From Microthyrium microscopicum (lineage: Eukaryota), in the NCBI GenBank assembly GCA_010405405.1, contig MU004243.1, positions 615,340 through 679,339 of the forward strand: DNA of 64,000 nt, in the 5' to 3' direction. The notes beneath the pieces were generated by a model. The model was not told the DNA's origin, did not search any database, and saw only the letters and a list, made by a program, of their open reading frames with translations. Positions 38,190 through 48,747 of this stretch are shown here, piece by piece. A program made the translations under genes and the position numbers. How positions within the stretch are numbered: position 1 is the first letter of the stretch; each line of letters begins with the position of its first letter.

Positions 38190-38225
38190 TCGACGCGCTA
38201 GTCGACGCGCTAGTCGACGCGCTAG
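38190..38225. repeat. 12-bp tandem repeat x3 (tcgacgcgctag)
   Basis: Three exact copies read directly from the sequence. Confidence 0.95.
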
Positions 38226-39598
38226 TGAGCTGACAGCCGTCTTGACAAGGGTACGCGGCTAATGCGTCTAATTTTTACTACTACTAGACAACTTACAAGT
38301 AACCTCCCTTCACTTTTCTGCTTGCTGCAAATCCGACGTAGTTCCCACAACTCCAATCTTCAACTTAATGTCATCTCCTGGAGAGGTGGCTGCCAGACCC
38401 TGGAATGGACCACATGAGAGGAGAATGTGGTCCACGCAACGGCGACGGATTTTTCTCGCTCATGTCACTGTGTCGAAAGTACAGAGCCAGCCGGTTGAAT
38501 CTCGCAGCCTAGGCGATAGAGTCAGGATTTACATATCGCCCAGGAAGACTCTTATCAGGAGTGAGCCGTTGAGTGCATTGTTTCCTAATCGAAGACGTTC
38601 ATTATCTCAACCCCGGAGGCGTTTGATGATGCCATACTCCGTAGATCTAGAGCACTTAAATTCATGTATGAAGTCAACAAATGATTTACTGTATAGCTTT
38701 TGCTCGTGGCTGCAATCGATTGAAATGATCCTTATTGCTTGTAGGATTCGGCACGATTCCCAGACGATGCTTCTGACAAAGAGACATCCACTTGGTACAG
38801 GGAAGTGGACAGAGCTTCTATTTCTTTGGGAACAGCGGTCATGCTCCCCTGTATGATAGATGAGGAAGCTCTCATTTGGCACGTACGAGTGATATGTAAT
38901 ATACTCACGATCGTACGCTGTTGAAGACGATGAAAATAACTCTGGGAAATATCACCCAGTGCTTATGCACGTATCGGCCATGATAGATTACTTCGTATTA
39001 CGGTGTATTTTCCAATGTATGTAAACTTATCAATGATGAGGTTGCCTCCTCGTCTGGTCTATGGACTTGCACGTGAAGCTGTCGACCACATGAGTCGATA
39101 AGTCAAGAGAAGGATAATCAGGATAACTTTAGGGTGCAAATTGATCTAGTGCTTCCGCAAATTGGACGTCGCGATTGTTTCCGATGATAGATCATGCTTC
39201 CAGTCTTTCAGCGTTCCTTTCAATATGGGTCCATAGCCTTTTAGTCCTTGTTCTCTCTAATCCGATAGAGTATCTTGCTTGAACCTTTCTGATCCGGCTG
39301 ATCCTCAAAATCCTACATCAGTTTGTGGTCTGAAAAGAGGTCCACTCAATAAGCAGGGGTTTTTGACTTCCAATACGCAGGTACCTGGTCTCGCCGCCCA
39401 GAATATCTCGGAGTTGAACAATCAAGTGCTTCTGTAGTGCGGTGTGAGCATGACACGAGTCTATAAGTACTGGACACTGAGACCGAATGCTTCTCTGGTG
39501 GTCCAGCAACTCCCGCCAGAGCCATCACAGCACTGCTCATATAAACATTGCACTTTCCTTCACCCTTGCATTTTGCTATACTCTCAAAAGTCAGAAAA

Positions 39599-39893
39599 AT
39601 GCAGTTCTTTGTTCTTGCTACTGTCATCGCTCTCTTCGGCAATGCGGCCGCTATCTGTAGGTTCTTCTTAACACTATGTGCACGTTTAGACACTAACTCC
39701 CGCAGGAGATAAGGTCAAGGCAGGTGAAGACTGCTATACTATCGCCACTTCGCATGGCCTATCTCTTGACACGTTCAGAAACAAGAACCGGGGGTACGTG
39801 TATATATCTAAAGTTGATCGGAAAGGAGCTGAATAGATGCCTAGTCTGAACTGCGGACCGAGTCTTCAACCTGGCGCAGATTACTGTGTCTGA
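39599..39893 (+). CDS. Minimal secreted single-LysM protein (63 aa), 3 exons; absent from the ORF track
   Basis: Exons 39599-39656, 39709-39793 and 39845-39893 give MQFFVLATVIALFGNAAAIYKVKAGEDCYTIATSHGLSLDTFRNKNRGLNCGPSLQPGADYCV*, which fits the fungal LysM consensus. Donors GTAGGT and GTACGT; CTAAC branch point in intron 1. Confidence 0.8.
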
Positions 39894-41140
39894 AAGTAGT
39901 GACAAGAGATGCTATGCGACAGATAACCTTGGCACTAGCAGGAGGAGAAGGTTGAACCTTGAAAACGTAGGAAATTTCAGAATTGCAAGCTTGTGAACTG
40001 CATCATTGTAGATTGTCCTTCACGCATAGATAAGCAATGTAGTCTCTTACACCTGATCCGTGATGTATGACTTTTGATGCGCTGCAGCTCTTGGTAGGCT
40101 GTTAGTTCTTTTTGATTTCCAATCACCATGGCACTCATGCTGGCCTAAGCAATATTTCGCGTCGGGCCGAAGTGATAACTCTGCTCAATTCATTGAGTAC
40201 GAAAGAGTAACAAAAAGAGAGGAAGCAGACCAAAACAGCACAGAACCGAGCCATTTTGAAGCTTGAAAACATGAGAATCCATTTCATTCGATTCACAGGT
40301 CTAATGACCTGCTCATGGTTAAAACCACCGAACAGCAAGAAAGATAAGTAGGAATTAGTATTCAGCCTACCAGGTAGCTATTTTATGTGCGCTACGATCA
40401 TATACACGCATTCAAGAAGTCAAGCGATTTTAATTATATGACAGCATCATTTTTACACTGTCCAATGGTTCATACACGTGGGCTAATCTCTAGGGGTTTG
40501 CTACCATTAATGATAGGTGCTACCTTCTAGGTAATTCATAGAGACATATAATGGGGTCGACATTCAGATGATTCTACAGAGTGCATAAGGGCTTGTCAGC
40601 AACCGCACCTTGACAAGGCTTATTATGTGCGGCAGATAATATCTGAACTTCGAGAAGATTTGCCGGTCAGGGGCGAGGCAAGCACTCTCAGGGTCGTGCT
40701 GATACAATAGGCTTACTTGTCATTAGGACGATTAAGTCAGGAAAGCTCTGAGGCGAGTGACAAGACATTCATTATTGGAAATACCTACCTTGATCTTTAT
40801 TTACTTGGGCTACCTGCGGTTAAAGCTGCTCCTTTTTGCCATCCTTGTTGACATGCGCCGCGCTTCTGGGTTTCAGTTTGATTGCTTGTGTAACTACCTC
40901 CCATAGGAATATCAGCTACTACAGAATAGAAGAAAAACGGCAGCAATATCGGGTTTATGATCAGCAATGGATAGGATTCAAGAGCCCGGTTCAGCACTAT
41001 AACTACCTGCCCACATACTGACCTATCTCCCTACATGTGGTCTTTGTCCACTCCTCGCTCAACCTTCCTCCTGGCCGGATTTTCCCTACTTCCCTCCCCG
41101 GATTCAAGTCTTAGCCGTTAAGAGCATTTCAACAGTAATT

Positions 41141-41998
41141 ATGCATGTACTGTGCTTATTTAGTGCCATTCTCCTTGTTCAAACCACCGTTGCCAGGACT
41201 ATGCCAATTCAAGTTGATGTCATCTTTCCGAAAAACAACACAGTCTACCAACCAGTGTATCCATTTCCTTTCGTTTTTGCAGTCCATAACTTTTCTACGA
41301 CCTGGATATACAGACCCACTTTCACATGGACATTACAAGCATGGAACACCCATGGTTATCCCCGCGACGTTTCATTTGGATACATCGGCTGGGACACTAT
41401 GAAGGGACAAGACAGTTGGGGTCCACCACCTGATGAGTTTGTGGCGGTCAATTCCTCTGCAAGTCAAGCCGACGATATCACCGACCCCGTCTTTGTGGAC
41501 GATCTGCAAAGAAACCAGTCAAATGAAACCCGCTGGTCTTTAGCGGTCAAGATTTGGTTCAATAATGCAACCTGCTTCGATCAGAAGGTTCTGACCCATA
41601 GAATCTGGTTCAATACTAGCATTCAAGCCGGGGTGATGCCGAATCTTGGAGCCGTCGGTTCTTGCCCAAGTGTATCATTAGCAACGGGTGTACAAGGTCA
41701 AAGTCAAAAGAATGAGACGAATGAGATCTGCAATATCTATACAAATCCCCTTGACGCATCAGCATGTGCATTCACTATGAATCAACAACTGCTTGACCGT
41801 GTTCCCAAGGAAATGGTTGCTGTTACACGATGTGCCAATGTCTCATGGCCAAACAGCACAGGAATTGGAACCAGATGTGTTAGTGGGAAAAGTCTTTCCG
41901 CTGAGGGAAAGAACGCTAGTAGTAATACGCAGTGGAATACTGGATCTGTGGGCATTTCAATTATTGCCGCTTTCATCATCATCTTATATTTTACTTGA
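41141..41998 (+). CDS. Secreted, probably GPI-anchored Cys-containing protein (DUF7136-like)
   Basis: Signal peptide; VDVIFPKNNTVYQPVYPFPFVFAVHN motif; many N-glycosylation sequons; hydrophobic C-terminal tail after ...NASSN. Confidence 0.75.
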   Translation: MHVLCLFSAILLVQTTVARTMPIQVDVIFPKNNTVYQPVYPFPFVFAVHNFSTTWIYRPTFTWTLQAWNTHGYPRDVSFGYIGWDTMKGQDSWGPPPDEFVAVNSSASQADDITDPVFVDDLQRNQSNETRWSLAVKIWFNNATCFDQKVLTHRIWFNTSIQAGVMPNLGAVGSCPSVSLATGVQGQSQKNETNEICNIYTNPLDASACAFTMNQQLLDRVPKEMVAVTRCANVSWPNSTGIGTRCVSGKSLSAEGKNASSNTQWNTGSVGISIIAAFIIILYFT

Positions 41999-43079
41999 GT
42001 CTCAACAAAAGCGCTGGCTGCTCTCTCTTCTGCAAGTTAGTTATTTGAATTCCGCCTACGCGTTTAGAGAATTTGCCATATGAAAAATGGCATATATATT
42101 GCAAATCTTTTCTCGAGTTAACACAGCACTTCTGAGTAAAATGGTGCACAAAATTTCATCATGTACACTGAAGTCTGGATATTGACGAAGCTGTTTACCG
42201 AATATTGCTAATCATATCTTTGAGCTCAAACTTCTAATTAAAATATGAGGATCTCGACCCGTCCGTCATAGTGGATTGTTGCACTATCGGTAGTGACCTC
42301 AACTCAGACCATATCAGTTTCTACAGAATGCTGTGCCGCACATTTTATGTATGACGGATTGAGAACCACTATAACATGAAATAACGCTTGCGAATCCTAT
42401 CATCTCTGATATATTCAGCCGAGGTCTCAACCAGAGTATCTTCCTATTGTAAGTAAAGCACATCCAATATGCAGACACAGCCTAACATCTAGGCCAATAA
42501 TGGTAATCAAGTAGAGATATTCAGCGCCATCTTCCAATCTGTCTTCTCTCCTGGGCAGTAGAAAATTGAGAGTGCAGAATGTTCAAAGTCCAAGCACACT
42601 CTATTGCATAATAGCCTAGGTAAGCCTGGGCTGGACACCTCATCCCAACTGTATACTCCTCCAGATGCTAAGTTGATGTAGTAGTGTATGGATATAATCA
42701 GATCTATGCTGGACCCAAAAGACCATCTGGGGCATAGTGCTTAGATTTGAAGGATTTCTCCCTGCCAAATCTATATGAACTTGACCTGGTTGTCAGAGAA
42801 CGTGGTACAAACTGGTAATATTTGTGGAGTAGGAATCGACAAACTATTATGAATTGGGAAAGTCTAGGATTCGCTTTATAGCACTAAGGATTTCGACGGT
42901 GATACAAACAGATGCTTATGCTGTGGTAGTACTTGTTATCATCAACGACAGAGCTACCTAAGGATTGGCGTCCTTAAGTAGCATATGTAGTTGCTTGCTC
43001 CAGGCTTCATGACTTTCTATTTTAACTTCCAATTACACTCGTTCCCAAGAACCATCATTGTCCACCTGAAGATCAATCA

Positions 43080-46000
43080 ATGTTTCCAATGAGGAATCAC
43101 ACCTGGTCAAACATGGTGGCTTTGGGTGTGCTTTTTCAACTAGTGTCTCCAGTTGTGTCGTTTACCCCCAATGTACAAATCAATGAGCCGTTCAAAGACT
43201 GTTCGAAGCAGTGCAAAGAAGTCGGCTACAATCCAAATAGCTGGACATCATTTACCGCTACAGAATATTTTCAGAGATGCACATGGAGTCCGTCATTGAT
43301 CAGCTATGATTTGGAGAGCCAGTCCCTACCAGGCGTCCTCAAAGCTTGTCAAGATTCGAACACGATCTTTGAAAGTGACCCAGTGGAAAACCAGACGATT
43401 TTTCCCTCGTTGAAGAAAAGAGATGATTTGTGTGCGAGTCCCCCCGAATACAGCAATGTCGAAGTCTCTCGCAAGCCCAGGAAGAATGGAATCCTTGTCA
43501 TTCCAGGTAAGATTTCCTTGTATTCATACCCTTCTGTTAGGCATATCTTATGATACCTGGAACACTTGATTGGTTGCCTTTTATCATACTCTACTGCTAC
43601 CAGGGCTTGAGGTAGGGCGTATTACAGACATGACAGCTTGGCTTTTCTGCCTCCTTTGGCTAAGAGAAAATTCTCTTACATTTTTATACTGACGCATCTC
43701 AGGCCAGGCTATCGGAGCGGCGCTGGCAATTCAGGATTATATCATTCATGAATACCGAAAAGACACATTTAAGACACAAAACGAGTTTGTTATGAGCGCC
43801 AATTTAGGCGACACAGTGATTGGTGTCTACATCGGGTCAGAACTCAATAAGGAGCACATCGCACACGGCCCCTTAGAAGACTTTATATCCGGTGTTCAAA
43901 AATACGGCATTGGCCAATCCATACAGACCCAGGCGTGCTCAAAAAACTCCAGCAGCACAAATTTCGGAATTATCGCAGACACGTCTTCAGGATTAGACGC
44001 TATGGCCATGGTCCGCAACGCCTTGAAAGCTTGGTTCACGGGAAATTGTGCAGCAAACCTTGAGCAGAGCAAGTCGGACAATCGGAATGGCTCTGCAAGA
44101 AACCTTATGATTGATTATCAATCTACGGAATCAACTCAAAGAGGAAACTGGACTGGATATCGCAAAGACAAATCGAATGTAAGCTCCAGTGCTGACTCGA
44201 TAATGTCTACACAGGCCAATCGACTTGCTCTATATGCACCAAAGGATTGTGTAGAAGTGAATGATGCAGATGGTATATGCGGCGAGGCGCGCGATCTTCG
44301 CCTTCGGATGCGCGCAAATGGCGATTGCGCAGTTTATAACATCAGGTCAGGCGATTCCTGCTCGGAGATTGCAAGAGCACACGGCTTGACTATCCAAGAG
44401 CTTGACTCATTCAATGAGCAGACCTGGGGCTGGGGCACCTGCAGTGAAATGATATACCCAGATACAAAGATCTGTGTCAGCCAAGGCGATCCACCATTTC
44501 CTGCACCAGATCCAAGTGCCACTTGTGGTCCAATAAAGCCAGGGACTCAGAAACCTCCAGGAAGCAAAAGCAAGGACTGGGGTCTGCTGAATGAATGCCC
44601 ACTCAAGGCTTGCTGCAACAAATGGGGCAATTGTGGAACAACAGATGATTTCTGCATTGACAAATCGATAAGAGGCATACCTGGAAGTTCGAAAGGCAAC
44701 AACGGATGTATTGGCAACTGTGGAGTCATCCCACATAACTAAAATCGACCGCCAGCCCAATTCCTCAACGTAGGTTACTTTGAAGCTTGGAATTTGAACA
44801 GGCCATGCTTAAACATGGACGTAGAAGATATTCCTCGGGGCAATCATACCCACATCCACTTTGGGTTTGCCAATATCAGTCCAGATTATTACCTAGTGGA
44901 TGTAAACAAGTTCCAAGATCAGTTTGACAGGTTCCGAGAAGCCAAAGGATACAAAAGAATTCTGGCCTTTGGCGGTTGGGATTTTAGTACCCAGCCAGAA
45001 ACCGCCAAGATCTTTCGAGAAGGGGTAAAACCCAAAAGTCGAGAGCGATTAGCAAGTAGCATTGCAGACTTCATTCTTCAGCACAACCTTGACGGTGTTG
45101 ACATCGATTGGGAATATCCCAGCGTTCCAGATATGCCTTGGCTTCCACCTTCATCACCAGACGAAGCACCTAATTATCTAGCTTTTCTTGAGCTGCTCCG
45201 ATCAAAGCTTCCTCACAAATCATTATCAATTGCGGCCCCTGCCTCCTTTTGGTATCTGAAGGCCATGCCCATCGAGAAGATCTCAAAAGTGGTTGATTAT
45301 ATTGTGTACATGACCTACGACCTGTAAGAAAATGCTCTGGTTTATCTTTGCATCAATTCTTGCTAACTCCAGTCAGGCATGGTCAGTGGGACTACAATAA
45401 CAGATGGTCACAGACTGGCTGCGATAAAGGGAACTGCTTACGGAACCACGTGGATTTCATGGAGACCTACAATGCACTAACAATGATTACGAAAGCAGGT
45501 GTCTCGTCACATAAGGTCTTGGTAGGATTGGCAAGTTATGGGCGACAATTTAAGATGACGGACCCAAACTGCCACACTAAGGAGTGCACTTATATTGGAC
45601 CAAACGCTTCAGCCACCCCGGGAAGGTGCACAAACGAACCAGCATACATATCAAATGCGGAAATCAAAGAGATAATTGCGGTCAATCCTACTGCTAAGGT
45701 TGTGGACACTGGCGGTAGTTCCAAGTATATGACTTATGATGGTAATTGGGTCTCATACATGGACGATAACGACAAAGCCGCCCGCACTGCCATGTGGAAG
45801 TCAATGAATTTTGGAGGAGTCGTGTAAGTCTTGCCTAAAGTATCGATATCTGACACAATGCTAACAGCACTTCTCTTTACTCAAGTGAATGGGCCATTGA
45901 TCTGAACTCATTTGAGCACGACAACGGCGCTCATGTTTCAAAAGCCCGCAAAAGCTTCAAGACTGGTCTCGAGGTATCTAAAGGCATGAGAGGAGCAAAT

Positions 46001-47852
46001 CCCCATACCTTGGCAGAAAAGTCTCAATCGGAAGATGACTACGAATGCCACGCTGATGCGAATGATCAAAGCTGGCGAGACGTGTTGTGCACTAACCCAG
46101 CAATTACTGACCAAGATTCAGGTTATGCTCCCTGGCTCCGATGGGAAATGGTTAAAGGCGACGCCGCTTGGTGTGCAGCACTGAGTAACTGGAGGCGCGC
46201 ACGGGGAGGAAAAAATCATGGTCGGGATCCAACAACCAATGTCAGCAATTTCCCGACTTCAATCATGGGAGACTTTTTGAAGGCCAATGGCAGGTTCGAA
46301 TGTGGAATTCTTCAAGATCAGAGCACGACTTCCTGTGTGGATCCACAGGTATGCCTTGACAAAAACAGCGGCAGTGCTGCAGCGGTGCAATATATAGGAT
46401 GGTCGATGCACAACATCAACACAGTGAGTGACAAAACGGCTTCATATTCTTCTAGCTAAGTTACTTTTCAGATGTTCTGGACATTCTACCAAGGTCTCAA
46501 CGCTGCCGGCATTGCCAAGGACAACGTCTTGGGTGGCATCATCAACAATCTCATTGAAAAGCCAGACAGGACGTTAGAAATATTCCTAGACATCTTGGGA
46601 ATGGTAACAGGCTTTGGTAACGCAGGGTTCCTGAATGGAAGTAAGTCTTTTATATAGCGTGTTCCCCAGTATCTGAGTTTCGGGTGGCTAATTATGCTTC
46701 TATCAGTTCTCAAAACGAAAATAACAGCAATAGGAAAGATAAGAGGAGATAAGCTCGATGACAAAGAACTAGCTAAAAAGACCGAGGATGCAGCTAAGAT
46801 CATGGGAGATAACGCCAAAGATTTCTATAACCTCTCCTTCAACTTTGGAATGGGTAAATGGAAAGACAAGACAAAGTCCCTATCGGAGACATCGGCCAAA
46901 ACTATTCCGGATAAGATAAGAATACTTTATGGTAATATCATTGAGGGCTGGAAGGAGAGCCTCGTAAGGATGAACCAGGAATTGTTCGAAGGAAACGAAG
47001 AGAGTATTCGTACACTCACAAATTTAGTACGCAATGGCAACAGCATGTATGCAATGCCGGCAAACGCAACTGCTGTTCAAAAATCGGCTATCAAGTTCAT
47101 TGTAACTGCCCTCATACCGGAAGTATGGAGACTGCAGGACTTTTATCCGGTAAAGCCGCTAGAATCACACCTCATTCGAAAGCTAATGATACATCTCAAC
47201 TCTAGGTTATGGTTGACACACTATGGCCTTGCAATGTTCCTGGCATAGGCATCGGGCAATGGCATTCCATGAAACATGTTGGTGCGGCAAACCTTTGTTT
47301 CACCGATGAATATGGACAGCTCCAAAATGGCACAACCTTTCGAGGCAGACAGTACCATTTGTTCGGTGTCAAGGGCGAATGGGATGCAAAATGTAAGTAC
47401 GCACCTCCCAAGGCAAAGGCATGCGCAGCTCTAGACTGCGGCAACAAATTGTCAGAGCTGCCGGGCTTAGGAAAATTATGGCCTCAAAATCGCGACTGGG
47501 ACGGCCTTAGCGGGCTCGACATAGTGAGCAAGTAAGTGCCTACGGTCCATTTATCCCTGTTGACTAGACTGACCTGGCGTAGTGCTAAGGCTGGTCACGA
47601 CAACATATGGCATGGAAATCACAAATACACATCTCGAGACTTTGGTGGTGGCACCCTGGGCCATGAACTCATGGACAGGGCTACAGCGAATTTGGCGAGC
47701 ATAGATGACGTCTGGAGGATGCCTGGTATTGCTAATATCCGACTTGTGGCTGGTCTGAGATTATGGAGAACTGGAAAAAAGGGATCACCGATGCCAATCG
47801 AGGATCATACCCATGTACTGGTGTTAAGGGTCCAGCCGATGAAGATGACTGA
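43080..47852 (+). pseudogene. GH18 subgroup-C (zymocin-alpha/killer-toxin-like) chitinase, LysM + CBM18 + GH18 + C-terminal domain, apparently disrupted
   Basis: LysM CAVYNIRSGDSC...ICVS; CBM18 CPLKACCNKWGNCGTTDDFC; catalytic LDGVDIDWEYP; YMTYDL|HGQWD; EWAIDL. In-frame TAA at 44740-44742 and apparent 1-nt deletion at ~47739. Confidence 0.85.
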
Positions 47853-48747
47853 TGCTATTGGCTGTCGCTGCTTAATATATGTAATCATGTTCCAATTGGA
47901 TTGATACCTGAGTAGTCTAAACTGTAACCAGTGGAAAATTGTTTATAACTTCTTGTCACACCTATCATTTCATAAGGTCTGCTAGGTGAACCAAAAGCTC
48001 AAGGTCTATATTGGAGAAACTAACGGGGAAAGCAGAAGATATCTTTCAGAGAGATCTTCGATACTATATAGGGAGGTAAACTTAAGATATCAATGGACAT
48101 GCTATTGCCCAATGACGACGTACGTAGTTATTCGTTCTTCAACATATCTTATGTCGATCAGCATACGATACTGACACACTGCTTCTTCAAGTATACCTAC
48201 ATCGTAGCTCTACACACATAGCAAACGTTGAAGGACGGCGGATTTTCAAAGAGGTCTTGCGATCATTTGCTACTAACCGTCCACCATATTGAAGTCGCTA
48301 TTGTCTCCATATGATCAAACAAGCTCGATACAGTGCTGCAAGAGTTGAGTTGTCCCCCCCCTGAAAATATGAAATAAGAAATCAGAGAGCTTATTGGCTT
48401 AAAGACAAGCCATCAAGTCTCTATTAGGCTTAACGAAGCCAATTCTTGATCTCACCCAATTGAATCTATTGAGGCGCTGGCCATAAGCCAATCATACTAG
48501 AAGTTGCAGATTCATATTTTTGGGAGGGGGGACAACTCAACTCTTGCAGCACTGTATCAGATTCAGAGACCGAAAAGCATCCACTCCCAAAGGTATACTA
48601 CAATGCTAACAAGCAACAAACCATTACTTCACAATCACAGATATAATCTTACACCACCTCTTTTCCCTAGCCCACAACTAATCCCCTAAAATCAATATCT
48701 CTCCTCTCGCAATCCATACCATCCCTCCTCTAACAATACCCATATCT

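Noticed and set aside
38368..39320. 162-aa ORF and intron-like signals on the minus strand
   Set aside because: Could not build a stop-free spliced model or recognise a family; at most a decayed gene relic
39656..39707. Spliced TGA as selenocysteine in the LysM gene
   Set aside because: Ascomycetes are not known to have Sec machinery; the distal acceptor or a mutation explains it more simply
34500..48500. Possible Starship or other giant mobile element carrying the accessory genes
   Set aside because: No DUF3435 tyrosine-recombinase captain, transposase or boundary repeats recognisable in the window
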